In this document: positions 32,014 through 43,363 of the stretch, piece by piece
Layout: each line of letters starts with the position of its first letter
How positions within the stretch are numbered: position 1 is the first letter of the stretch
Source of the DNA: Naegleria gruberi
Taxonomy: Eukaryota
Length of the DNA stretch: 64,000 nt
Assembly: GCA_000004985.1 (NCBI GenBank)
Contig: GG738857.1
Strand: one strand, 5' to 3'
Notes under the pieces: generated by a model
What the model was told of the DNA's origin: nothing
What the model saw: the letters and a program-made list of their open reading frames with translations, nothing else
Databases searched by the model: none
Made by a program: the position numbers and the translations under genes

Positions 32014-33555
32014 ATGAAAAATTACGAAAAGTTGATTCGATTCATATCTGAAAGAGAAAAAGAAGGAATCAAGTTTGAGTTTATTCAATCACAAGAATGG
32101 CACCATCATAGAATTGAATTATCAAAAGCAATTTTATCAATTCATGGACCAATACTTGGAATTTTCTACATATTTACCAACATTCTAATACGTGGATTGT
32201 TATTACATTCATTATGTGGATTGATAATTGTAAAAACAGTTGAACAGAAGAGAGAAATAATTGGATATACTCTCGGACATTCGTTTAAATATTTGGGTTG
32301 GAAATATCTTGTCTTTACATTAATAGGAATTCGAGATTCGTATAGGAAAAAGTAAGTTTGTTCAAATCCAACAGTTCACTTATTAAAACTGTTCAGATAT
32401 TACGCAACTCATATGGTTGATTATTTAATATATCAACACAGGAATCATCTACCATACAGTGAAGTAGATGTTTTCTTCTGTAGTGACGTAAATGCCTATA
32501 ATAGTCCAGTTTGGTTTCTGTGTGAGAGAGCTCAATTGCATATTTTCCAATTTTCAAAACAATTGTCTTGGTGGAGATGTTCATACTTGCTTTCTCTTGT
32601 GATGATTCCTCATTTGATTCCTGGATTCTTTTTGAGAGGACGATTCATGAACAAACCTAAACCTAAACTTGAGGAAAGTCCAGTAACAAGAAAGGATGTG
32701 AAATTTTACTTGAGGCTGGCTGTTAAGTATTTGAAAGATTTCTTGTTCCAATTGTTTGCACTTCCACATCTAGAGAGAAAAAAGGCGAGAATACTTTTCA
32801 ACGAATCAGAATCGTACGGTTTCTTCTCATTCATTTTGGCAACTCTCTTCTCAACTCTTTGTGTGTTCATTGGAAGATGCATTGTAAATGAAGCATACAG
32901 AAAGAGACCTATTCTTGTAAAGGAGAGAAATTATTTTCAATTGGTTCCTTATCAAATTGAAGAAATTGAAGAACACACCTTAATACTTTCCTTTCTATAT
33001 TTGGATATCATTGTTGCAGCAGTTTTTTCATTGATATTCCCAGTATCAAAGTTCGTTCTCCACAACATGACAAGTTTTCTTATTCGAAAGAAGTTTCTCA
33101 TTTTCAGAAAGTTTGAATTGGCCACTTTATACCTCTGTCCCGTTACGATCATTACAGGAACTCCAATAATGAGTCCATTCATTGGTAGTTTCTATGCAGC
33201 AGAATCCAAATATAATTATCAATATGAGAAAAATAAGAAAACTGCCGTATTAGTGAGATTACCATTTCTCCTTCTTTTATATTCAGTCATGATAATGAAT
33301 ATCATTCCACAATTATTAATCAGATACCAAGGAGTAGTTCTTTTGAGAGAAACCATTCAAGATGATTGGTTTATTTGGTTTTCCTATTTGGGTTATTATT
33401 GTGCTTTTTATACTTTCTTTGAGAGTGTTTGCTACATACCTGGAAGTTTCTGTTATCATGCTTTTAAAAAGAGTATTTGGTTGGGATGCTTTATTGTTAC
33501 AATTGGTGTAATATTGGAAGTTGCCTTCTTCTTTGGATTACAAAGATGGTTGTAA
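32014..33555 (+). CDS. multi-pass (8-9 TM) membrane protein of unknown family, 2 exons
   Basis: Exon 1 is 32014..32351 with a GTAAGT donor at 32352. A 45-nt intron ends gttcAG at 32396. Exon 2 is 32397..33555 and joins in the frame of ORF 32413 (..YRK|K|YYATHMVDY..). Multiple hydrophobic helices are present. Confidence 0.5.
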
Positions 33556-33939
33556 ATTTCTCCTCTGAATTTCCTTTTGAACTAGAATCTTTTTAAAAAC
33601 AATCTTACTAGTTATGTTATCAGCACAGGCGTGTAGGAGCATTTAACTGAACTTTGAAATAACACTGACTCTGAATAAGCAAATGAGCCAAATGATTCAA
33701 CTGACTCGATATTGAAGGTTACAATGTATCAAAACAATCTTGATTAAACTGTTTATTATTCTGATTACAACATGGAAGATGATAATTCATCTACTGGAAT
33801 TGATTTTTTGATCGTACAACTACTTGGTCCCCAGTAAACTAAATTAGTCGACCTTTAAACAAACAAACAATAACCCTTTAAAATCTTGGGCTCACAAAAT
33901 TCTGTAAACTTTCAATCCCAGATATTATAAAAAAATAGA

Positions 33940-36900
33940 ATGAAACACTTGTTGGATTTCGCGTATATGGGGAGGAAATTTTCACACGTTGATCACGATG
34001 GTCAATTAGTAACAAGGGAGTTTCGCAACTGTTTATTTATTCTAATGATTGCTGCTTGGATAACAATGTTGTGGTTGCCAGCACTTGCACATGGACAACA
34101 GTTAACAAAGACATTTTACATTGATTCGCTTCATGTTTCGAATACTAATTCATTCGAATGTGGAAATTCATCAAATCCATGCACTACAGTACAAGATGCT
34201 CTCAATTATTTTGCTTCGGATAGTTACATTCTAATTCAACACCAAATTTCCACCTCCAACACCTCCACACTCACCATTCAATTAACTTTCTTCATGTTAA
34301 ATGATGAACACAATTTTTGTGGTTACAATTTAAACACAACATTTAATGATAATATTGATTATGAATTGAGTTTTATTGGAAATGGGGTTTCTACATTGAC
34401 ATGTACGAAAGGGTATGGAGAGTTGAATTTCATTGAACCTCGTTTGGATATTTCAAAAGTGTTGTTTAGTCAACTTTCGTTGATTGGAGTGGTGTTTAAT
34501 TCATGTTCTTCTATTTCATTGACAGTTGTTAATTGTTTGATAACAGATGGTGGATTTATGACTTATTATCAACTCCAAGAATGTCCCAATTACGTTGCTT
34601 CGAACAGAACTATTCGAAACTTGTACCTTTCTAATATTTCCACATGGAATGGTGTTTTTTTAATTGGAAATGCAAAGAATGGGCTTATAGAGAATATTAG
34701 ATGTGATGGAGTTAGTGCCCTCTCATTCAATAATATGGAATCCATTCAACTTTCGAATGTTCAAATGCCTGGTGATGGATTATTCTCTTCTAACAATGTA
34801 AACTCTATCAGTTTCAAGAATTTCATTTCTACTGGACCTACATTCAACATCCACATTAGAGAATTTAAATCATTCACAATGGAAAGTAGTTCCTTTCAAA
34901 ACTATAAGTATTTTCAGTCAGCTGTCAACATTGACAGAGGAGAAAGTGCCAAAATTATTGATACAACAGTTCAATATTCCAGTCAATGGCTTTCTGCTAA
35001 AACTGTTAAGAAAATTGTCATTTCCAATTTAAGATTTTTGAATAATTATGTATTGGATGTTAGAACTTCCTTTTTAAGTCCAATTTTCATTTATAGTTGT
35101 GATAGTATTAAGATTGAGAATTCTTATTTTGATGGAAATTTTGGAACTAGATCTGGTCCAGTATTTATTGATGATTATTTGAATGTTGAAGTTTCGAATA
35201 ATACATTCATGAATGGTCGATCACTTGCTTCAGGTGGTGCCCTACATTTGGATAATTATCAAGCAGAATCATTATTAGAAAAGGCGACTGTTTTGATTAA
35301 GGATAATTTATTCCTTAATAACACATGTGAAAGAGTTGGTGGAGCTGTTTGCATTAATACTGTGGTCAATTGTGTTGTTACAGGAAACAAATTTATTAGA
35401 AATCAAGCAGTGGTCACTGGAGGTGCTCTTACTATTGCTGAGCATTGTAGAGATTGCCTTATTGAATCATACTTTGAAGAAAACAAGTCAATTGGAAATT
35501 ATTTAGAATTGGATTCGAATATTGTTTTTTCACAACAACTTTGGAATCGAATTATTGGAACTGGAGGTGCTCTTGCCATTTTCACAGAACCAAGATTTTC
35601 ATTTAGGATTTATGGATCTGTATTTGTGAGAAATTATGCAGGAAAAGGAGGAGCAATCCTAATGGGACTCAATTTACCAATTTCTCTCTCACAAAAAACT
35701 CCAACTTTTGTGCAAGATTGTAAATTTGAGGGAAATTTTGCAACCAAAACTGGAAATGATATTTATGCTGTGAATTTTCAAGCTCCTTTATCATATGTTA
35801 GAACTTTTATTAATCAAACAGAGGGAAATGAATATAGTTTCTCATCTAGTCCCGCCATTTTTAGAATTGTAAAGGTTAGCACTAACAAAGTTTATCCTGG
35901 TCAACCGATTGATATTGCATTCTATGTGGAGAATATATTTGGAAGGGAGATTGATATTGCATCTCAATATGTGGTTATTGATCAATTTCCTAACATGCTT
36001 CCTTTTTTGAATTATTCAAATGTTGACAGAAAGTCACTTGTCTTGACTCCTTATTCATTAACTACTGAAATGCCAATTGTTTCTCAATTTAATTTCTCAG
36101 TTTATTCAGAAGATCAAAAATTTTCAGCTAGTTTCCAATTCGAAATGTTTCCATGCCCAAAAAAGTTTATTCTACAAAAGAATGTTGCCTATTCTAATCT
36201 GGTCTATCAATGTGTGAGTGATAATAGTTTAGATCTTTCACTAGTTCTTGGACTGACTATTCCAATTGGAATTTTATTCTTAATTGTAGGAGCAATTTTG
36301 GGAGGATTGTCAGTTTATGCTATTCGATTCACACTTACACAAATTTCAATTCTCAAGACGAAACAAAGAGCTGAGAAGAGTCTTGAACAGAGAATTATAG
36401 ACAAGAAGATCATTTTCAATTCAGATCCTTCATCTGGTACCACTCACTATTCGAAATATAGTACAAATAGTGACCTTTCGGTTCCATTAATCGAAAATGG
36501 TAGCGCAGAAAAGAGTATGGCCACTCCATCCTTTGTCATTCCAATCGAAAGCATTGATATTATCAAAAAGTTAGCAGAAGGTGGATTAGGCATAATTTAT
36601 CTTGGTAAATTATGGAAGAAAATTGATGTTGCCATCAAATTACTGAAATCAAACGATCAAGATGAAGAATTTGAACAGGAAGTTTCCCTTCTAAGTTCAT
36701 TAAGACATGATAATATTGTTACATTTTATGGTATTTGTATGTCAGATGATGCCAAGTATATGATTACAGAGTTTGTTGAAAAGGGATCATTGGATAAAGC
36801 TCTGTACAAGTCAAGGATTGGAGAGGTGTCAATGTCAATTCAAAAGAAAATGTCAATATTGATAGCGACAGCAAGAGGAATTGAATATCTTCATGGATTA

Positions 36901-37557
36901 ACACCAACAGTTGTTCATCGTGATTTGGTATGTAATATTAGTTTCACAATTTCGCAATTAACATTGTTTTTTCTCTATTGGAAGAAACCTGGTAATATCC
37001 TATTGGAAGAAAAGAATCAAGCAAAGATTTGTGATTTTGGTATTTCAAGAACTGTGTCCAATGCAACTGTCCAACAAACAGCCATGACCACTAATTTAGG
37101 TACCTTAATCTATTGTCCAAATGAAGTAATTGAAGGACCTACTTTGACTAATAAGGCAAGCAAACAAACTGCCACCAAAATTGATATCTTTAGTTTCTCC
37201 GTAATTATGTGGGAAGTTTTCTTTGAAATTATTCCTTATTCACCATCGGTAGGAAAATTAACTCCACTATTTCAGTTATCAAAAGAGGAAAATGAAATGT
37301 TGAGTATGAATTCGTTTAATATTCCTTATTTTGTGGTGAAGGGAATGAGACCATTGATTCCATTCAGAACAGATGAGCAGATTAGAGAGTGGATTGAAAG
37401 ATACATGCCTGAACAGATTCACAATTCGAATATTGTTCAATTTGTAAATCGATTCTTTGCATTGGTTCAACAAGGTTGGTCAACTGATGCAACCAAGAGA
37501 CCAAATATTACAACTGTATTACAAGAACTTGAAGAACTGAATAATCTGATCAGATAG
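33940..37557 (+). CDS. receptor-like Ser/Thr (TKL) kinase with Pmp/parallel-beta-helix repeat ectodomain; in-frame 57-nt intron in catalytic loop
   Basis: Signal/TM N-terminus. The ectodomain carries repeated FxxN and GGA[ILV] motifs (NTFMNGRSLASGGALHL, NNTCERVGGAVCI, GNKFIRNQAVVTGGALTI, GTGGALAIF, GKGGAILM). TM helix LVLGLTIPIGILFLIVGAILGGLSVYAI. Kinase motifs VAIK and ICDFGISR are present. HRDL|KPGNILL is restored only after removing 36928..36984 (GTATGT..ttggaAG, 57 nt, no stop), so the ORF track reads through the intron. Confidence 0.7.
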   Translation: MKHLLDFAYMGRKFSHVDHDGQLVTREFRNCLFILMIAAWITMLWLPALAHGQQLTKTFYIDSLHVSNTNSFECGNSSNPCTTVQDALNYFASDSYILIQHQISTSNTSTLTIQLTFFMLNDEHNFCGYNLNTTFNDNIDYELSFIGNGVSTLTCTKGYGELNFIEPRLDISKVLFSQLSLIGVVFNSCSSISLTVVNCLITDGGFMTYYQLQECPNYVASNRTIRNLYLSNISTWNGVFLIGNAKNGLIENIRCDGVSALSFNNMESIQLSNVQMPGDGLFSSNNVNSISFKNFISTGPTFNIHIREFKSFTMESSSFQNYKYFQSAVNIDRGESAKIIDTTVQYSSQWLSAKTVKKIVISNLRFLNNYVLDVRTSFLSPIFIYSCDSIKIENSYFDGNFGTRSGPVFIDDYLNVEVSNNTFMNGRSLASGGALHLDNYQAESLLEKATVLIKDNLFLNNTCERVGGAVCINTVVNCVVTGNKFIRNQAVVTGGALTIAEHCRDCLIESYFEENKSIGNYLELDSNIVFSQQLWNRIIGTGGALAIFTEPRFSFRIYGSVFVRNYAGKGGAILMGLNLPISLSQKTPTFVQDCKFEGNFATKTGNDIYAVNFQAPLSYVRTFINQTEGNEYSFSSSPAIFRIVKVSTNKVYPGQPIDIAFYVENIFGREIDIASQYVVIDQFPNMLPFLNYSNVDRKSLVLTPYSLTTEMPIVSQFNFSVYSEDQKFSASFQFEMFPCPKKFILQKNVAYSNLVYQCVSDNSLDLSLVLGLTIPIGILFLIVGAILGGLSVYAIRFTLTQISILKTKQRAEKSLEQRIIDKKIIFNSDPSSGTTHYSKYSTNSDLSVPLIENGSAEKSMATPSFVIPIESIDIIKKLAEGGLGIIYLGKLWKKIDVAIKLLKSNDQDEEFEQEVSLLSSLRHDNIVTFYGICMSDDAKYMITEFVEKGSLDKALYKSRIGEVSMSIQKKMSILIATARGIEYLHGLTPTVVHRDLVCNISFTISQLTLFFLYWKKPGNILLEEKNQAKICDFGISRTVSNATVQQTAMTTNLGTLIYCPNEVIEGPTLTNKASKQTATKIDIFSFSVIMWEVFFEIIPYSPSVGKLTPLFQLSKEENEMLSMNSFNIPYFVVKGMRPLIPFRTDEQIREWIERYMPEQIHNSNIVQFVNRFFALVQQGWSTDATKRPNITTVLQELEELNNLIR

Positions 37558-37758
37558 TTTGCTTACAATGCTAAAATAGTCTAGTTTCCAAAAAAAAACT
37601 CATCTTTAAATCACCTTTTAAATAGAAAATCCATGAATGAAATCCAAATCAAGAGTTTATCCATTTAGAAAACAAGCTAATAGCACCTGCATTTCTATTC
37701 GAAATCATTTAAATACTCAACGAAATCTTTCCTATTCGAAACAACAACAAAAAACAAA

Positions 37759-38142
37759 ATGAACAAAATCGTTTCTGTCTGCATTCTTGCTCTCCTTGTC
37801 TTATCTGCTTGCTTGGTCAACTGTCAATACAGCAACAATTATGGTACCAATTATGGTTCATATGGAGGAGCTGGTTCTAACTATGGTGTCACTGGTGGAA
37901 ATTACAATCAATATGCTCAAAATACTCAATCCTATTTGAATCAAATTAATGCAGTCAACTCAAGTCCTTACTCAAGTTATGGATCTTCATATGTTGGCCC
38001 AACAAATTATGGTACTAACTATGGAAGTGCTTACTCAATGCCATTCTATGGTGGTTATGGAGGTTATGGTGTTCCTTATTATGGTGGTTATGGTGGTTAT
38101 GGTGGATATGGTGGTTGTGTTGGTGGTGTTAGATGGTGTTAA
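37759..38142 (+). CDS. small secreted Gly/Tyr/Asn-rich repeat protein
   Basis: 127 aa. Signal peptide MNKIVSVCILALLVLSACLVNC. Repeated NYG/YGGYGG units. Confidence 0.5.
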   Translation: MNKIVSVCILALLVLSACLVNCQYSNNYGTNYGSYGGAGSNYGVTGGNYNQYAQNTQSYLNQINAVNSSPYSSYGSSYVGPTNYGTNYGSAYSMPFYGGYGGYGVPYYGGYGGYGGYGGCVGGVRWC

Positions 38143-38263
38143 ATGATTGAAAGTAATATAGAGTTTGAGAATTTGTGAAGTTTTTGAGTTTTTCAAATAA
38201 AATCTTGAAACTATTTTAGTGAAATGTATCATTGTTTACTCTTAGTTGACTAGTTCTTAAAAA

Positions 38264-39249
38264 TTAAATCATGAATAGCATAAATAACATGCAGAAAATC
38301 AATCCAATTGATGAAATGGTGATAGAAACACTTCCAGAAATTGCAATTAAATTAGTAATAAATGATCCATAATTAAATCTATCCCCATATAATTTCACAG
38401 CACAAGAAGAGCAATTATTTCTATTTTTGGACAACCAGAAAAATAAATCAGAACCATCACCCAATAAGACGTGTATCTTCTTTGATAGAATCATTGCCCA
38501 TGCATCTTTATATTCATCCAAACGAATAATTGTTGCCTTTGGACAATTAGCTGTCACGTAGGCATCAAAAGTTGAAGTGTTGGCTACTGCAATAATTAAT
38601 CCAGCTTGATTTAAATCCTTTTCAGATGTTACAATATATGTGGTATTCTCCAATTCAGTTCTTAAAATTCCAGAATAACTATATCCATAAGCACCTTTCC
38701 AAAATTAGTAATTCCATAAATATTTTTAAAACAAAACCTACATTGAAAATGAGCATTGGCACCTCTTGAATCACTATAATGAGTTGATGCTACAGCAACA
38801 TCACAAACTCCCAAATTAACTGCATTTTGCAATGCTGGAAAATATCCCAACTGATTAATGTCAATCTCTGTAACATTAGCTGTCAATTTCAATGCTGGAT
38901 ATTGTGAAACAATTTCCTCCACAATCATTTGAGAGAATTTAGTGTAGATGACTGGCCAAGGATCCAGAGCTCCTTTATCATAACAAAATACCAAATAATT
39001 TCTTGAAATGTTAAATGATGAAGGATAGGAAAGAGATGACGAGGATGAACAAGTTGGCACACCGAGGAGGAAAGTAGTTTCGATTACATTGATCCACTCG
39101 GTTTTGGCAACGACTTTGGAAGCTGCTGTGTCTATAACTCGTTGGAAATTCTGTGTAATTTGATAGGGACTGCTTTGTCCACATAGAATGGTTAATAGAA
39201 GAAAGCAGACGAAAGTGATGGTCATGGATCCAATATTATTTCGATGCAT
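38264..39249 (-). CDS. bacterial-type solute-binding protein family 3 (SBP_bac_3 / PBP type II)-like protein with C-terminal hydrophobic GPI-signal-like tail, 2 exons
   Basis: Exon 1 is 39249..38742, from an ATGCAT start giving the signal peptide MHRNNIGSMTITFVCFLLLTILCG. GTAGGT donor and a 47-nt intron. Exon 2 is 38694..38264. SBP-like motifs include ..GVCDVAVASTHYSDSRGANAHF.. and ..TSEKDLNQAGLIIAVANTSTFDAYVTANCPKATIIRLDEYKDAWAMILSKKIHVLLGD... C-terminal tail ISGSVSITISSIGLIFCMLFMLFMI. Confidence 0.55.
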
Positions 39250-41079
39250 TTTGCAAGTGTTATTGGTGGTGGGTGGTCTTTTCGTTTTTTTTTGATTAAA
39301 CAATCGAATACTCGAGCGAAACCGCAACGTGTTGAAAAGGTGATTGGCCAAATACAGAAATTAACAGATGACAGAAAGTTGGTACCACCAAAATTTAATG
39401 AGCCTGAAACAGGAAATGAAGTTTGTTAATGGAAAGCAAAAATGACACATTTTGAAGTTTCGAATAGTTTACAGTTAATTCTGAAAAGATTTGGTTATGT
39501 AAGTTATTTGTGCGCCGTATTTAGTTTCAATTGTGGAAAGTGTAAGCAATTTGTATTAATAAGCATAATTCTGTAATTGAGGGAACTATTATTGTGAGTT
39601 GTTTGATCATTTCTAATAAAAAATTTCAGCAACAGGTTCTTTGAATAGTCTAATATTTCCAGGACAGCATTTCAAACTATGTTACAAGTTAGATCATAAG
39701 CATCTCTAATTGATTGTGAAGATTTAGAAGGTTGTTCAGAGTGTGAAGATAATGTGAAATCAATTAATCAAAATAAGGGTTGACTTTTCTATAGTGGAAG
39801 AGAGTTAACATTCGGTGAATATTCTTCAGATCATCATTTGAACATTCAAAAAATCAAAAACAGCAAATTCACAATACAGATCTGTTGAATAGGTACAAGA
39901 ATGGTTATCCCATCGTTATTAAACTCCTTTTTCATGTTTTACTTGAGCTACAATCTTTTGCAATATTTGGCTCATCATGAATTTTTCTGCTCATCACGAA
40001 TATTTTATTTATTTTTTGTGATGAGAGAAAATAAGGAAATTGCTTGCTCCGATGTTTTGCAATCTTGTGTTCTCCTCAGGTCCAGTTAAAGAAGTATCAT
40101 CTTTTGAGGAAAGATGTCTAATGAAGTTAATTTTTGTGTAAGCTTGTTGTTTGTTAAGAACATCATGCAGGCCTATTAGTGAAAGTGTTAAATTCATTCA
40201 CTTCACTGTTATCCACTTGTTTAATTCATAACAATATTCTTACAGTAGATAATGATTCCTAGACAGTTTTGTACTCATTACCCAATTTTTCCTTAATTCC
40301 ATACGTTTATCTGCGCGGCTATTAAATTGATTGAATGACAATGTAGTGAAACAATGATTCTGGTCAATGCAACCAGAGGAAAACACACACCCTTTAAAAC
40401 TTGTCAAATCAACTATTGCCTAGAGTTTACAACAAGTCAAAAACCGGAAATTTATAATATGGAAAGAGTCGCATGTTTGGCATAATCTCTCGTTTTGTTA
40501 CTGCTCCTTTGTAGCTGTAAATTATGATAATTGCTAAACCGCACAACAATTAGAGGTGAAATGCATGATGATGAAAATTTTCCATCGCACTCAATAACTA
40601 GGAGAGCACAACAAGAAAAAACATTTTCCTTCGGGAAGGACCATCACTCAGAATCTTAAAAAAAAATCCCTAAACCCATCCACATTCATCATTTTGTCTC
40701 TTTTGAGGGATATTGTATCAATAGTTCCATCATTCATTTATTTATTATCAACCCAACTCAACTATTAAAGTAATAGTATATTAAACTTGTAGAATAGATT
40801 GTACAAAAGGTATGTATTTGAGTGGTGGAGAGTGTATATTTAATGAGTCTATTCATGATTTGATCATTTTTGTAATGGTTGATGATTTGTTCGTTGTATG
40901 CACTTGTCGTAATACTTGTATGGAACCTATGGATTGATAATATTGTCATGTTTTGTATGTGAAATTGTATTCATATTGAATGTTGTCCATCCACAAACAC
41001 CACAATATTCACTGCATAACACAATATATTAATCTATAAATTGCAATACTATTAATAATAATAATTGCAATTTAAATAG

Positions 41080-43293
41080 ATGAGTCTCCCAAATAACAAC
41101 ACTATTAGTAGCAATTGGCAATTACCTCTTGCTTGGAAGCAACAATTTGCTCTTCCATTCGTTCAAGCTTTGGAAGCACAAGAAAAGGAAAGTCCAGACA
41201 GTGATATTTTGAATAATCCATCACTCACCGAACAACAAAAACAACAACAAATTTCTGCTCGTAACATTGATAGAAAGCAACAAAAGAGACTGAAAGCAAT
41301 CTTTAATAGATTTGCTTCATCGAAGGATACTTTTGGTGAACCAATAATGACACCAGAAGATTTTGTCAAATCAATCACACAAAGAAACATTCCTTTCACT
41401 CAAGAAGAAGTGCAACAACAACAAAAGCAAACAATGACCTCAAGTAACTTGGATTTATTGTTTAAAGCAGCAGATTCTGGTATGTCTGGTAAAATTACCT
41501 TCCCAGAATACTTGTTCCTCTTCAAAATGCTCACAACACCTGAAAGTGAATTCCATCTCTTATTTAAAATGTTTGATTTGAACAAGGATGGTGCTATCAG
41601 TAAGGATGAATTCAAGAAGGCAATGAAATTGAGTAATCAAAGAGGTATTGACTTTGATTTCGATTGTGACTTAATGCACAGATTCTTTGGTCGTGATGGT
41701 ACTGGTTCTCTGAGTTTTAATCAATTCTCACAATTCATGAAATTAATGAATGAAGAACTCAGAAGACAAGAATTCCAAAAACTTGATGCCACAGGAAAGG
41801 GTTTCATTTCCGGTTCTCAATTTGCCACTCTCATTACTCAATATTCAATTAATCTTCCACAAAGAGTTAAGGAAAATATTGGTAAAATCCCAGAATCAAC
41901 AAAGATTTCATATGCCGAATTTGATGCTTACAATAGAGTTATTAGTAATTTGAACTCTATTGCTCAATCCATTAGAGGTTTGGGTAACAGAGAAGGTGGT
42001 ATGATCACCAAGGAATCATTTTCCACTGCTGCTAGACGTGTGACAGGTATTGTCCTCAGCCCAATGGAAATTGATATTATTTTCAACATGTTTGCCACTA
42101 AGCCAGAAGAAGGAGTTTTATATAAGCAAGATTATGAAGAATTTATTCGTGTTATGGATGAAAACAATAATAGAAGACAACACATTTTGGATAGTTGGAG
42201 TAGAGATGAAGTGACACCAGATGGTATGACAGAAATGACTTTCGGAGAAAGATTTTTGAACGGAGTTGTTAAAATTGCCACAAAGACCTTGTATGGTGGT
42301 ATTTCAGGAGCTATTGGTGCTTTTGCTGTCTTCCCAATTGATATGGTCAAGACACGTATGCAAAATCAAAGAAAGCTTCTTGGTAATGCTGGAACTCCTG
42401 CTCCAAATCAAATCATTTATAAGAACAGTATTGATTGTTTTAGACAAATCTATCACTATGAAGGTATTAAGGGTTTCTATAGAGGTTTAATTCCACAATT
42501 GATTGGTGTCTCACCAGAAAAGGCCATCAAGTTGGCAACCAATGATACATTGCGTGATTTGTTCGGAAAGGAAGGTGATGAAATCTATTTCCCATTGGAA
42601 GTTTTGGCTGGTTGTGGTGCTGGTGCTTCTCAAGTTGTTTTCACTAACCCAATTGAAATTGTCAAGATTAGATTGCAAGTTCAAGGAGAATTGGCCAGAA
42701 CTGAAGGAATTGCTCCAAAAGGTGCCATTCAAATCTGTAAAGAATTAGGTTTAAAGGGTTTATATAAGGGTGCTTCTGCCTGTTTTGCTCGTGATATCCC
42801 ATTCTCTGGTATTTACTTCCCACTTTATGCCTTCTTGAAGGAAGAATTCAGAAAGGAAGGTGAAACTGCAACAAGTGGTGGCAATTTGTTTATTGCTGGT
42901 TCAATTGCTGGTGGTGTTTCTGCTGCTTCAGTAACTCCTTTCGATGTCATTAAGACCAGATTACAAGTTGAAGCTAGAGCTGGTCAAACTCAATATAGAG
43001 GTATTGCTCACTGTGCCAAGACAATCATGAAGGAAGAAGGTCCAACAGCTTTCTTCAAGGGTACTGTCCCAAGAGTTTTAAGAAGCAGTCCACAATTTGG
43101 TGTGACATTGCTTGCTTATGAAGCTCTCCATCGTTTTGTCAATGAAAAACATTCTAAACAAGAAGAAAAGGAACATCATAAGAGTTTGCCAGCTTCTGTT
43201 CCTGTTGACGAACAAGACTTGGAAAGTTTGAGACAACTCTTCTACATGAGAACACAAGGTATTTCTTCAATTCTTGGAAATGAAAAGAAGTAA
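41080..43293 (+). CDS. Ca2+-binding mitochondrial aspartate/glutamate carrier (Aralar/Citrin-type, SLC25A12/13 family)
   Basis: 737 aa. The N-terminal regulatory region has EF-hand loops (DLNKDGAISKDEF, DGTGSLSFNQF). Three mitochondrial-carrier repeats carry Px[DE]xx[KR] signatures PIDMVKTRMQ, PIEIVKIRLQ and PFDVIKTRLQ. Confidence 0.9.
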   Translation: MSLPNNNTISSNWQLPLAWKQQFALPFVQALEAQEKESPDSDILNNPSLTEQQKQQQISARNIDRKQQKRLKAIFNRFASSKDTFGEPIMTPEDFVKSITQRNIPFTQEEVQQQQKQTMTSSNLDLLFKAADSGMSGKITFPEYLFLFKMLTTPESEFHLLFKMFDLNKDGAISKDEFKKAMKLSNQRGIDFDFDCDLMHRFFGRDGTGSLSFNQFSQFMKLMNEELRRQEFQKLDATGKGFISGSQFATLITQYSINLPQRVKENIGKIPESTKISYAEFDAYNRVISNLNSIAQSIRGLGNREGGMITKESFSTAARRVTGIVLSPMEIDIIFNMFATKPEEGVLYKQDYEEFIRVMDENNNRRQHILDSWSRDEVTPDGMTEMTFGERFLNGVVKIATKTLYGGISGAIGAFAVFPIDMVKTRMQNQRKLLGNAGTPAPNQIIYKNSIDCFRQIYHYEGIKGFYRGLIPQLIGVSPEKAIKLATNDTLRDLFGKEGDEIYFPLEVLAGCGAGASQVVFTNPIEIVKIRLQVQGELARTEGIAPKGAIQICKELGLKGLYKGASACFARDIPFSGIYFPLYAFLKEEFRKEGETATSGGNLFIAGSIAGGVSAASVTPFDVIKTRLQVEARAGQTQYRGIAHCAKTIMKEEGPTAFFKGTVPRVLRSSPQFGVTLLAYEALHRFVNEKHSKQEEKEHHKSLPASVPVDEQDLESLRQLFYMRTQGISSILGNEKK

Positions 43294-43363
43294 ATATCTC
43301 AAAATGTACAGTAAAAACCCTAATTTATTTAAATTCGAATAAAAAATATTTTGAAATATTTAT

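Noticed and set aside
36928-36984. 19 extra codons (VCNISFTISQLTLFFLYWK) inside the kinase catalytic loop
   Set aside because: The segment is bounded by GTATGT and AG, is 57 nt long, and its removal restores the canonical HRDLKPGNILL. It is an in-frame intron, not coding.
39433-39700. Two-exon micro-ORF (MTHFEVSNSLQLILKRFGY|ATGSLNSLIFPGQHFKLCYKLDHKHL)
   Set aside because: It can be spliced with a GTAAGT..TTTCAG intron, but the product is 45 aa with no recognisable family. Kept only as part of the long-intergenic finding.
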